DNA of 64,000 bases. Source: Kiritimatiellia bacterium (lineage in GTDB: Bacteria > Verrucomicrobiota > Kiritimatiellia > JAAZAB01). Shown one piece after another: positions 38,030 through 47,704 of the stretch. The position numbers were made by a program, and so were the translations under genes. Every line of letters begins with the position of its first letter. Positions within the stretch are counted from its first letter, which is position 1. A model generated the notes under the pieces. That model saw nothing but the letters and a program-made list of their open reading frames with translations. It was not told the DNA's origin and did not search any database. The stretch covers positions 160,001 to 224,000 of the forward strand of contig JAXGPF010000005.1 in the NCBI GenBank assembly GCA_040767085.1, written 5' to 3'.

Positions 38030-38399
38030 TTCGCTAATCCGTTTGTATTCAAACGCTTGCGGTGACACGGGAATTAGCCTTGCCTGAACATCTAAAAAAC
38101 AAATTTTGGTGTTGACGCCGAAAATGCGTCGTTACAGGATCATGGCGGATGGGCGGCATACGATCAAGACCAAGTATCGGGTCGAGTCCTGGTTCCGAAG
38201 CGTCAGGTCTTGCATAAAATGCAGTAATGCGGTTTTCCGCAGCGCTCTGACCTCATTATCGGTGCCGTCCCACCTCTACCCTCCCAAGCCGCTGAAATAA
38301 ATTGCATGTCTTTCACACATGCACGGCATTGATGGCCAAGGCATTGGCAGTTCAATATTTTGATATTTTACCCTGTATCGTCCGGCATCCCCACACCCC

Positions 38400-38978
38400 G
38401 GCCAGGTCGGCCGCCAGTTTCTTCAGGCTCATAACCGGATCGTTCCAGCTTTGATGCATGGCATCCACCGCCGCGGTCACCACCGGATCACAATGTTCAT
38501 GATGACTGCCGGCAATGCGCGAGAGAATCTCAAACGCTATGGCGCTTGACCGCAATTCATTTTGCCGGGCGGGATGGGCAAGTGTTTGCCGCAAGCGCAG
38601 AAACAGATGGACCGGCGGAACGCCGGCATCGCGAATCTCCGCCTCCAACCCGAAGGCGGCGACAGTTGACTCCGCCAACGGCCCATCCAGAGTCAGCCAG
38701 TGAAGTGCCCAAACCGTCTGGCCGGCATAATAATGATGCAACATGCCGGAAAACAGGACGGCCGCCTGGTTTTTATGCAATTCCCGCGCGCGGCCTTTGA
38801 TGATAATCGTTCCGGCGCCCGACTGGCATCAGAACAACTGTATGAAGGGTATGATTTTCTTCACCGATTCGCAGTCATGGTCAACCTTGTAATTGCCGAC
38901 ACTGCGCACACCGAACGGAATTTCCGGCGCGGGCGACGGCGCCGGGCGGAAAACATCCTTGTGCAAACTGAACTTCAT
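38400..38978 (-). pseudogene. AraC-family regulator pseudogene
   Basis: MKFSLHKDVF...FGVRSVG...FIQLF*CQSGAG...HHYYA...WLTLDGP...SLKKLAADL. In-frame TGA at 38829-38831; truncated at the start of the HTH. Confidence 0.7.
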
Positions 38979-39007
38979 CACAGATCGGCCCTTTTGCAAA
39001 AACAGAC

Positions 39008-39522
39008 TGTGGCTATGGAATGTCTACCAAGACCGCTTTAAGAAATGCTCGAAGGCCATGCTAGACTTCTACCACCTCAGCCAGCACCTCCATGCCCTCG
39101 GAGCCGCATTGTATGGCGTGGACTCGCCAAAGGCATCGGCATGGCGCGAAAGAATCCTGCACGACCTCAAGCACAAGTCACCAAAACGCTTGTTCAAAAC
39201 CTTGGATCAACTTTTGGAAGCCCCCCCCCTTCCGCCGATCCGCAGCTGCTGGACGCCATCCGCGAACAGAACGCCTACTTTAAAAACCACGCCAACCACA
39301 TGGATTACGCCACACACGCCGCCTTAGGCGTGCCGATCGGGAGCGGCCCTGTGGAGTCCTTGTGCGCCCAGTTCCAGAATCGCCTCAAACGCACCGGCCA
39401 GTTCTGGACTAAAACCGGCTTCGCCGCGCTCCTGCGGGTCACCGTCAGATATTGGAACCGGAAACTCGACTTCCTCTGGCGGGTCGCAGCTTGATCAAGA
39501 TCAATGAATCGCAGATGCGCCC
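39008..39522 (+). mobile_element. 5'-truncated, frameshifted ISKra4/ISLre2-like (IS256-related) transposase remnant with right end
   Basis: WLWN...LDFYHLSQHL in one frame, then a shift near the poly-C at ~39221 to MDYA...PIGSGPVESLC...RLKRTGQFW. IR TCAATGAATCGCAGATGCGCCC at 39501-39522. Confidence 0.85.
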
Positions 39523-39626
39523 CTGCGCTATTACGCTACCAAATTGCGATTGACATTTTTCCTGTCATTGTATAAATAAAAAGTGAAAAGTGCAGTTTGC
39601 GCGTGACTTTCATGCTGGAACAGCCT

Positions 39627-40415
39627 ATGCGAAGGATATTTTCCAAGGGGGTGATGATCGCGGCACTGGTGCTGGCATCGACAACGGTCCGCGGAGATTG
39701 GAAAACTAATTTATTATACCGGACGTCTTCCGAGGGCATGCCGTATCGCTTGTTCGTGCCCTGGGGATACGATCCGGCCAACGCCTACCCGGCCGTGTTG
39801 TACCTGCATTCGGGAGGCTCCGAGGGCACCAACAACGAGAGTCATCTGCAGTATGAACTGGCAATGACGAATTTTATGGCTGCCGGAGCTTTCTTGGTGT
39901 GTCCGCAGGCAACGAATGAATATGGCTGGACAGTCCAGCAGGAGGTTGACCGGGCGCACATATGCCTTGTCGAGGTGCAGACTAATTACAATATCAACAG
40001 CCGGCGCTTGTATCTCGCCGGCGTATCCCGGGGAGGCCACGGAACGTGGTGTATGGCGGCAACTTATACAAACACATTCGCGGCAATCAACCCGATGGCC
40101 GCGTGGGGAGACGGCTGGACGAGTTCGCCGTCATTATGGGCGCCTCATCTCATCCATACGCCGGCATGGGCGATGCACAGTTTGGATGACACGGTCATTC
40201 CGTGGGAGTGCGACCAGCACATGGTTGATGAAATTGGATTGGCGATCACAAATGCCGGCGGGAGTGTTAATACAAATCTGCTGAAATTATCCCTTTTCCC
40301 CGCCGCCGGGCATGGCCAGGTATGTGATCGAGGTTATTCGGAAACCGACATCGTGGCATGGCTGTTCAGCAAGGAGCTTAGACGGACCGAGGGCTCGGTT
40401 TTTATGTCTCGATAA
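39627..40415 (+). CDS. Secreted alpha/beta-hydrolase (esterase/peptidase-like)
   Basis: Signal peptide; MPYRLFVP, LYLHSGG, nucleophile GVSRGG, HSLDDTV and GH. Confidence 0.85.
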   Translation: MRRIFSKGVMIAALVLASTTVRGDWKTNLLYRTSSEGMPYRLFVPWGYDPANAYPAVLYLHSGGSEGTNNESHLQYELAMTNFMAAGAFLVCPQATNEYGWTVQQEVDRAHICLVEVQTNYNINSRRLYLAGVSRGGHGTWCMAATYTNTFAAINPMAAWGDGWTSSPSLWAPHLIHTPAWAMHSLDDTVIPWECDQHMVDEIGLAITNAGGSVNTNLLKLSLFPAAGHGQVCDRGYSETDIVAWLFSKELRRTEGSVFMSR

Positions 40416-40524
40416 ATTTGGCGACTAACAGGAGTGTGCGGGAACAGGATTATATGGAGGGACGTCAGGCGCAGGACTTCGGGAACAGGGGGAACCGGAA
40501 CCCGGATTATGGCCGGCTCCGAGC

Positions 40525-42483
40525 CTACCGCGGGGGGCGCATGCAGGCATCCCAGGGCGCGCTTTTGCGCAGGCACCGGCCCAGCGCGCGGTAAACATCC
40601 GGCAGGTCGAAGTAACGCAGGACACCGCGCGGCATGGCCGAAAGCGGCCAGATATAATATTGGGCTTCCGCCAGCATCTGATAACCAGGCAGGTAATGCC
40701 ACAGCCGCGCCCGCGGGCGGCGCGGATGCAGCAGCGCGGCGAAAGCCGCCGTCACCGAACCCAGGCCGCGGCCGGCCAGCTCGATTTCCGTTGCGCCGGC
40801 GGCGTATAGCAAGTCCAAAGCCCGCAACACATCGTACACGCGCGCGCCCAGGTAATTTTCGCCGAACATTTCATGCAGGGAGGCGTACAAATAATCGGCT
40901 CTGTACGGCGCAAGAAAATTGCGTTCGCCGCAGGTCAGCGGCTCGGACTGGCCGATACCGCGCGGGTCAATCGCCACAACCGTCCGCTTTCCGCGCAGCA
41001 GGGCGCGGGCCGCCGGGTCCGCAAGCAAATCCGCTTCCCCGGCGAGATGGCCGATGTAGGCAATCAGGCGCCCGATTGGCAGATGCCGGGGATGCTGCTC
41101 GGGGCCGCCGCACACGGTCAGCGCCGACAGAATGCCCGGAGCGGTTTCCGCCAGGAACTGCCCCCGCATTTTCAATTCCGGCCGGAACTGGATATAGCGC
41201 GGCGTCACGCGGTAATGCGGCGGCTCTGTTGCCAGCGCAATTCCCAGCACCTTGAGGACAGCATGCTGTAAACGCCGCCCAACCGGCCGGCCGCGCCTGG
41301 CGGCCAGGCCCGCGGCCCGGTCCCGGGTGAATTCGAAGACGCGCCGGCCGGGCAACCGATCATTTTTTCGACGCAAGAGAACATTGGTATCAGTCTCCGA
41401 TAAGGTCGTTATCCGCGGCTCGCGCGCGCTGCCGGACAGGCCGGCATGCTGCATGAAGAACCGGTACATCGCCTCGCGGTTATGGATGGAATAACCGTGG
41501 GTCGTCGGTCCGATGAAACACTGCGCGGTGTCCGGGCTGCCGAGTAATTCATGCACGCGCTGGAGTTCGCGGTACGCCGCCTGCGTGTAACGGCAGTCAA
41601 AGAAATCATAATACTGACCCAGCACGATGGTGGGGCGCGGCGCATAAGCGATCAGCAGATCGGCCTCGTCCAGCCCGCGGGCCAGGATGCCCGGGGGATT
41701 CTGCTCGGCATCGGCGGGAATTTCATTCTCGACCTGCGCCTGCCAGGAACAGATGTAGCACGATGGCGCGGCCATGGTCAGCCGCGAATCCAGGGCCGTG
41801 AGGTAAGCGGAAAGCGTGCCGCCGCCGGAATTGCCGGTGACCCCGACACGCGCGGGATCAACTTCGGGGCGGCTCAACAGATAATCCAGGCCGCGGATGG
41901 CATCGTAAACGCGCCAGGCGCCGAAGAAATCATCCGCCAACACCATCTGGTTGCCCAGCAGGTTATGCGCATGGCAGAGTCCCGGCATGGGCGTGCCCCG
42001 GGGCCGGTCATGTTGCCAGCGTTCGCCCTGGCTGATAGGGTCCATCAGCAGACATACAAAGCCCTTGGAGGCCAGGCCTTGCGCAAAACTGTAATAAGGC
42101 GCGGCCTGCTTGCCGTTCAGCGCGTGTCCGCACAGCCCCAGCACGGCCGGCGCCTGCACGTCGAGTTTCAGCGGCAAATAGAGATTGGCCGTGACATAAA
42201 AATCCGGCCGGCTCTGAAAAACGATTTTCTCCAGCGCGAACTTCGGATAATCGGCGCGGCCCGTCACGCGGGCGGCCAGCGGGCATTTGATTTTCGGGAA
42301 ATACGGCCGGAATGATTGCGCCGCCAGGTCCCGCACGGCGCGCACATAATTCCGGGCGTCGCGCCGGGTGCGCAGGCGGGCCAGGCGTTCTTGGCGCGCG
42401 GCCATGGCGGCACGCACACGCCGGACGAAATATTCATGCACCATCTGCGGATAACGATTGCTGTACAATGCCGGCGTCGCCAT
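40525..42483 (-). CDS. Two-domain acetyl-xylan-esterase-like alpha/beta-hydrolase
   Basis: VTANLYLP, LCGH, DPISQGER, GVTGNSGGG, DAEQ; second domain with DPRGIG and GARVYD. Confidence 0.8.
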   Translation of the reverse strand: MATPALYSNRYPQMVHEYFVRRVRAAMAARQERLARLRTRRDARNYVRAVRDLAAQSFRPYFPKIKCPLAARVTGRADYPKFALEKIVFQSRPDFYVTANLYLPLKLDVQAPAVLGLCGHALNGKQAAPYYSFAQGLASKGFVCLLMDPISQGERWQHDRPRGTPMPGLCHAHNLLGNQMVLADDFFGAWRVYDAIRGLDYLLSRPEVDPARVGVTGNSGGGTLSAYLTALDSRLTMAAPSCYICSWQAQVENEIPADAEQNPPGILARGLDEADLLIAYAPRPTIVLGQYYDFFDCRYTQAAYRELQRVHELLGSPDTAQCFIGPTTHGYSIHNREAMYRFFMQHAGLSGSAREPRITTLSETDTNVLLRRKNDRLPGRRVFEFTRDRAAGLAARRGRPVGRRLQHAVLKVLGIALATEPPHYRVTPRYIQFRPELKMRGQFLAETAPGILSALTVCGGPEQHPRHLPIGRLIAYIGHLAGEADLLADPAARALLRGKRTVVAIDPRGIGQSEPLTCGERNFLAPYRADYLYASLHEMFGENYLGARVYDVLRALDLLYAAGATEIELAGRGLGSVTAAFAALLHPRRPRARLWHYLPGYQMLAEAQYYIWPLSAMPRGVLRYFDLPDVYRALGRCLRKSAPWDACMRPPR

Positions 42484-42579
42484 GACGGTGTTCCTCCCTT
42501 TTGATCAATCAAAACATAAGCGCGCCGTATTTGTCAAAACAAGATTGCAATCCCGGATGCCGCGGCGGAGTGCATAGGC

Positions 42580-42608
42580 TTGACTTGCTCCAGCAAGATG
42601 GCTATCTT
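42580..42608 (+). promoter_or_regulatory. Sigma70-type promoter
   Basis: TTGACT-17 bp-TATCTT upstream of 42712. Confidence 0.45.
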
Positions 42609-42711
42609 TCTAATACGCTTGGCCCATTATATCCTGCTTTCCGCGGAACGCGGGCGGCAAGACAAAACAGGGCGACCAGGCAGTCAATCAGGATCAGAGA
42701 GGAACCGAATC

Positions 42712-44031
42712 ATGTATTACGCCGGCAGTTGCAGCACCGATATCACCCCGCCCGTAGGTTATCTGCTCCAGGGACACTCCGCCCGCAAGCAACCATCCCA
42801 GATGGTGCACGATCCCCTGTACCTGAAGGCTTTGACCATCTCCGACGGCCGGGAGCGCGTCGCCCTGATTACCTCCGACCTGGTGTACTTCGACAAAAAC
42901 CTCACCACGGCCATCAAGGACGGCATTGCCCAGCGTACCGGCCTGCCCGTCGCCAGGATTATGCTTACCGCGGCGCATACCCATACCGGGCCGTTCACCT
43001 TTTCTTCGAAAGCGAACGACGAACGCCTGTTGCCGGACTATCTTGCACTGCTGGTGAAAAAAGCCGTGGGCGCGGTGATGGAGGCCATCCAGCGGGAGGC
43101 GCCGGCCACGCTGCGCTGGGGCACGGGCCGGGTCAACATCGGCGCCATCAACCGCCGGAGCAAGGACAGCCAGGGCCGTTTTCAGATGGCGCCCAATCCA
43201 GACCGGCCGGTTGATCCGCAAGTGACGGCGCTGGCAGTGTGTGATTCCGCGGGCCGGCCGCGGACAATTCTCTGTAATTACACCTGCCACCCGACAGTGC
43301 TGGCCACGGACATCTACCAGATTTCCGCCGATTATCCCGGCGTGACCCAACGCGTCCTGCAGCAGATGTACCCCGGCGCCATGGCCATGTTCACCAATGG
43401 ATGCTGCGGCGACGTGCGCCCGGCGATTATTGATCCGGCCACCGGCGAATTCAAGGGCGGGTCTTTCGCAGACACCGAACGCATGGGGCATACCCTGGCC
43501 GGCACTGTGATTGCAGCCCTGGAACAGGGCGAAGAACTGCCCGCCGGCAAAGTTGCCGGGCGCCTGCTGTCGCTGGAATTGCCGTTGGACCAGTCCCTGC
43601 TGCCCACCGACCCGGGCCGCCTGGAACACGCCTATCAAACCCACCAGAGCAGCCAGACCTCGCATGACGGGTCCGGCTTGGAAGCCTGGCGCGATCACTG
43701 GAAAGAACGGCTGGCCGCGGGCGCGCCCGTCCCCGCCGCGGTCTTGATGGACATACAAGCCTTGCATGTCGGACCGGCGCGTGTGGCCGGGATCGCGGGG
43801 GAGACCATGGTGGAGATCGGGTTGCGGATCAAGGACGGCGCCGCGGCCAGGAAACATAAACTGCTGCTCTGCGGCGATGCCAACGGCGTGGTCGGCTACC
43901 TGCCCACGACGGCCGCTTTAAGCGAGGGCGGGTATGAAACCAACAGTTTCATCCACAAGTTTTACGCCGCGCCCTACGCCCCGGGCATGGACGACAAGCT
44001 GGTGCAAGCCATGGTGGATTTGCTGGACTGA
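42712..44031 (+). CDS. Neutral/alkaline ceramidase N-terminal-domain family hydrolase (paralog of 5679)
   Basis: DITPP, HDPLYLKAL, AHTHTGP, NYTCHP, ISADYPG, GYLPT...EGGYE. Confidence 0.8.
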   Translation: MYYAGSCSTDITPPVGYLLQGHSARKQPSQMVHDPLYLKALTISDGRERVALITSDLVYFDKNLTTAIKDGIAQRTGLPVARIMLTAAHTHTGPFTFSSKANDERLLPDYLALLVKKAVGAVMEAIQREAPATLRWGTGRVNIGAINRRSKDSQGRFQMAPNPDRPVDPQVTALAVCDSAGRPRTILCNYTCHPTVLATDIYQISADYPGVTQRVLQQMYPGAMAMFTNGCCGDVRPAIIDPATGEFKGGSFADTERMGHTLAGTVIAALEQGEELPAGKVAGRLLSLELPLDQSLLPTDPGRLEHAYQTHQSSQTSHDGSGLEAWRDHWKERLAAGAPVPAAVLMDIQALHVGPARVAGIAGETMVEIGLRIKDGAAARKHKLLLCGDANGVVGYLPTTAALSEGGYETNSFIHKFYAAPYAPGMDDKLVQAMVDLLD

Positions 44032-44052
44032 AGACAGCTTCCCGCCATTGCT

Positions 44053-45606
44053 TCAGCGAATATTGAATAACACTCCCCGCGGCAGATATTCATAAGCGCC
44101 CATGTCCACCGCGCGGCGGAATCCATCAATCCGCCCGCGGCCATCCAGGTCGGCGCCGCCGCTCATCCAGGACAGATTGGTGCCCGCGTCAATGCAGGGC
44201 GAATCAGCCGTAAGCCGGTAATCATACGCGGCGATGTCCGCGAAAGCGGGATAACTGGTGATGCAGCCGGCGATATCAGTCAGTTTCGGCGAACAACAGC
44301 AGGCCACATTCAGATTGGTCCGCACATGAAAGACGTCCGGATCGAGTGAAACACTGACGGTGGTATTGCTGTAGACGATGCAATTGGTCATGTAATAATT
44401 GGTGGTCGTAAAATAAACGCCGCCGGAATTAGCCCGGTTGGCCCGGTTTTCGACGATGGTGCAGAAATCAACCAGCGCCCCGCTCGGCTGCGCCGTCCAC
44501 TCGCCGCCGTAAATGCCCCCGCCTTCCCGGGCGTTGGCCGGCGCGGAATTCTTGCTGATCAGGCAATTCCGGATGACCGCATACGACGGCCGCCCCACGC
44601 CAATGGCAATACCGCCGCCGGCATTGGCCGCGCAATAGTTATGGCTAATCCGGCTGTTTTCAACGCGATTACCCGCGGCGTATTCAATGTAAATGCCGCC
44701 GCCGTAACCGTCGCTCAGCGCATTGCTGACCACGTCGGAATGCGTGATCAGCGAGACGCCATTCCCCATGTTAATCCCGCCGCCATAAGATCCGCCTATA
44801 TTTGTGGTAATGATGCAATTGCTTACCACTACTCCGTTCAGCACCTGAATCCCACCCGCGCCGTTCGGGCTCCGGTTGCCTTTAATCAGGCAATTGTTGA
44901 TGATGGCTGAATCCCTGCTATAGATTCCCCCAGCGGTGTTGGCGATGTTGGAATTGCCGATAATCTGACAGTTATGCATCACCGTTCCCTGCAAGCGCGC
45001 GCCGCCGCCATAAGTGCCGGAAACGTTCGACACAATCAGGCAATTGGTAATGGCGCCCAGATAGCTGTAAATGCCGCCGCCCGTTGTTCCAGCGCGGTTG
45101 ACCGCCACGGTGCAATTCGCGATAATCCCCGCATTATAGCAATAAATGCCGCCGCCCGCGCCCGCGGCATTGTTGCCGGCAATAATGCAATTGCGGACAA
45201 GCCCATTGGTCAGATAAACGGCGCCGCCGTCGGCCGCGGCATTACCGTTGGTCATGGTGAATCCGTCCACGACGGCATTCGAATGACCGACATAGAAACA
45301 GCGCCCCAGGCCGCCGGCGTCAATCACCGTCCCGGTCGCCCCGGCAAGGGACACAACCTGGACGTCCTTGGCGACGATTATATCAGTCGTTAGGGCATAC
45401 GATCCGTTGCCTACCAGCACCGTGTCGCCCGGCGCGGCCGCCTGGGCCACGCCGTTGCTGATGGTTAACCAGGGGCTGGCCGGCGAACCGTCGCCATCCG
45501 TGTCACTGCCGTCCGTGGCCACGTAATAAGTAGCCGAAAATCCCGTAAAAGCACCCGTCAGCGCCGTTAATCCGATCAAGCAGCTCTTCCGCGCCCATGA
45601 TTGCAT
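44053..45606 (-). CDS. Secreted right-handed beta-helix protein with choice-of-anchor Q-like C-terminal domain
   Basis: Signal peptide, TYYVATDGSD, repeated NCxIxxN/GGGIY units, and DYRLTADSPCIDAG...DLDG..R...VDMGAYE. Confidence 0.85.
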   Translation of the reverse strand: MQSWARKSCLIGLTALTGAFTGFSATYYVATDGSDTDGDGSPASPWLTISNGVAQAAAPGDTVLVGNGSYALTTDIIVAKDVQVVSLAGATGTVIDAGGLGRCFYVGHSNAVVDGFTMTNGNAAADGGAVYLTNGLVRNCIIAGNNAAGAGGGIYCYNAGIIANCTVAVNRAGTTGGGIYSYLGAITNCLIVSNVSGTYGGGARLQGTVMHNCQIIGNSNIANTAGGIYSRDSAIINNCLIKGNRSPNGAGGIQVLNGVVVSNCIITTNIGGSYGGGINMGNGVSLITHSDVVSNALSDGYGGGIYIEYAAGNRVENSRISHNYCAANAGGGIAIGVGRPSYAVIRNCLISKNSAPANAREGGGIYGGEWTAQPSGALVDFCTIVENRANRANSGGVYFTTTNYYMTNCIVYSNTTVSVSLDPDVFHVRTNLNVACCCSPKLTDIAGCITSYPAFADIAAYDYRLTADSPCIDAGTNLSWMSGGADLDGRGRIDGFRRAVDMGAYEYLPRGVLFNIR

Positions 45607-45687
45607 ACCGCCTCCTTGTTACAAGCTGTCCGCACTTGTCAATATATCTTGCCGGCAAGGTTTTGTCATCCCCAAATGCCGCCGCGC

Positions 45688-47682
45688 TCAATCCGCCATG
45701 GCCGCGGCCCCGCCCCGCAGCAGCCATAGATGCTGTTCGCGGCCGCGCTGCGGATGGCCAAGAGGGAGGGACCGCACGAACCACAGGTTGCCCGCGCCAT
45801 CCTCGGTTAATAAACGGCCGCTGACCTCGCAGATGACGCGGGAACGGCCCGATTCAAGATTGAGGGCGAAAATGCCGCAGCGGGGGCCGTGGCCGATGCC
45901 GTAAAACAGTCCGTTTAAGCCAAGCACCCCATCGGTCGCGTCATCCACGGGGAACTGGTAGCTACGGAGTTCCCGCAGGTCGGGTAAAGAGAAGAGTTTC
46001 GGGGAGCTGGTCCAGACGCCAAGGTCGGGCCGATGGATGACGTCAAAAGCAAAGAGGCGCCCGGGGCCGGCGGCAAAAATCCCCCGCGCCGGATAGTCCA
46101 GCATCCGCACGACCTTCTGCTCCGCGATGCTCCACAAACACACCTGTCTGTGGGTGGTGAAGGCCAGGAGTCCCGGGCCGGCGCAAGCCAGGCTCCAGAC
46201 CTGATGTTGCGGGAGGCGGTGGTGTTCCAACACGCGGTTGTCCGGGGAGAAGCGGATCAGGCCGCCCCCGGTCGCGCCCCAGTCCTCGATGCCGCCCCAC
46301 CACAGGCAGCCTTCGGCGTCCACGCAATGCGCGAACGGGCGGTACAGGCCCTTCGTCCGGGTGGAAAGCACACGCGGGTTGGAATCGGTTTGGCCCGGGC
46401 TGACGCGCCACTTTTGGGCGGGATCGTAACACAGCAGGCGCCCGCCCGGATATGAACCGATGTAGAGCCTGCCGGCATAGCCGAAAATGCTGGAGGGCTG
46501 TCCCTCGGTCAGGGCGGCATAGCCGAGGGCGCGCAGTTCCCGGCGCCGGTGATCTGCGCGGCTGATCAACTGCGATTGCAGGGAGGCGACATGGATCGCT
46601 CCATCCGGACCGACGCCCGTCAGGGCAATGTTCATTCCCCGGTTGCGGCATTCGATCATCTGGACCCGTTCGAGGCGGCGGCGGTCGTGGGAGAACCGGA
46701 GCAGGTGGAACTGCGGCGTCATCCCCCACCGGAGGCCGGCCGCCAACCGCGGATGCCGGGACAGGAATTCTTCCGTGATCTCGACCAGGGCAAGTTCCCG
46801 GGTGCGCGGATCGAAACAGGCCACCCCCCGCTTTGTCACAAAATACGCGCAGCCGCCCGCCGTGCCAATCCAGGCGCCCATCATCCACGCGCCCTGCGCG
46901 GTCACATCTTCGGGCGGCTCGATGGGCGGGATTTCGCAGAGGAACTTGCCCGTACGGGCGTCAAAAACCAGGTGAGGGCCGACCTTGGCAAAGAGGTATT
47001 CGCCGCTGACCTGGATCGCGCCGGCGCGGTAGTCCTCGGAGTTCCGGCGGTAGGGATCGGCGGGAAGAATCATTTCCGCCGTACCGCTGGCGGGATGGTA
47101 CCGGTAGATGCCGGTGTTGAAGAGGCCGGCGGCAAAGATTGCGCCGCCGGGGCCGGGGGCGAGATAGGCGAGATAATTCGTGTCGGGGAACGGCCGGCCC
47201 AGGTATTCGAACCGTTCCGCGCGGGGGAAGTAGCGGCCGAAGTTCCCCTGGATATCGCCATAATACACGACGCCATCGGCATTGACGGCGCAGGAGCGCA
47301 GGATTTTCAGCCCGTTCCGGGCGGCGGTGGCGAAAGGGAAGCCGTGGCTGCGGAAAGCGTCCTGCGCCGGCGAGTAACTGTAGAGCCGCCCGGCGGCCGA
47401 TCCGGACCAGAATGTGCCGTCCGGCCCCCTGGCAATCCGGTTCAATTCGGTGTCGCCCGGTTCGAGATCGAAGTAGCGGACTTGTTCCGCGGCGGTGTCG
47501 TAGATGCCGAAACTGCCGCCATACGCGGCAAAACAGCTGAAATAGATGAGGAACTCCCCCGGAACGGCCGGGTGCGGTTCGGCGATGGTTTCCTGCATCT
47601 GGCCGCCGCGCAGTCCCTCGCCGGCCTGCATGGGGACGAGTTTCCGACGCAAGTTTTTTCCGGCTACGCCAGCGCTTTGCAT
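45688..47682 (-). CDS. Beta-propeller hypothetical protein
   Basis: Repeated blade-like units (GPDGTFW, ADGVVYYG, GPDGAIHV, LYIGSYPGGRLLCYDP). Start chosen from the GGAG RBS. Confidence 0.7.
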   Translation of the reverse strand: MQSAGVAGKNLRRKLVPMQAGEGLRGGQMQETIAEPHPAVPGEFLIYFSCFAAYGGSFGIYDTAAEQVRYFDLEPGDTELNRIARGPDGTFWSGSAAGRLYSYSPAQDAFRSHGFPFATAARNGLKILRSCAVNADGVVYYGDIQGNFGRYFPRAERFEYLGRPFPDTNYLAYLAPGPGGAIFAAGLFNTGIYRYHPASGTAEMILPADPYRRNSEDYRAGAIQVSGEYLFAKVGPHLVFDARTGKFLCEIPPIEPPEDVTAQGAWMMGAWIGTAGGCAYFVTKRGVACFDPRTRELALVEITEEFLSRHPRLAAGLRWGMTPQFHLLRFSHDRRRLERVQMIECRNRGMNIALTGVGPDGAIHVASLQSQLISRADHRRRELRALGYAALTEGQPSSIFGYAGRLYIGSYPGGRLLCYDPAQKWRVSPGQTDSNPRVLSTRTKGLYRPFAHCVDAEGCLWWGGIEDWGATGGGLIRFSPDNRVLEHHRLPQHQVWSLACAGPGLLAFTTHRQVCLWSIAEQKVVRMLDYPARGIFAAGPGRLFAFDVIHRPDLGVWTSSPKLFSLPDLRELRSYQFPVDDATDGVLGLNGLFYGIGHGPRCGIFALNLESGRSRVICEVSGRLLTEDGAGNLWFVRSLPLGHPQRGREQHLWLLRGGAAAMAD

Positions 47683-47704
47683 GCCTTCATTCTCCCAACT
47701 GGTT

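Noticed and set aside
38060-38350. Small ORF 38106-38300
   Set aside because: No RBS or recognisable motif; probably debris.
38829-38831. In-frame TGA in the AraC gene as Trp/Sec recoding
   Set aside because: TGA is a normal stop for many genes here and the gene is also truncated, so this is a nonsense mutation.
38893-39007. GDGA in ORF 38893-39327 as the transposase catalytic motif
   Set aside because: This stretch is the antisense of the AraC pseudogene 5' end; transposase similarity starts at about 39008.
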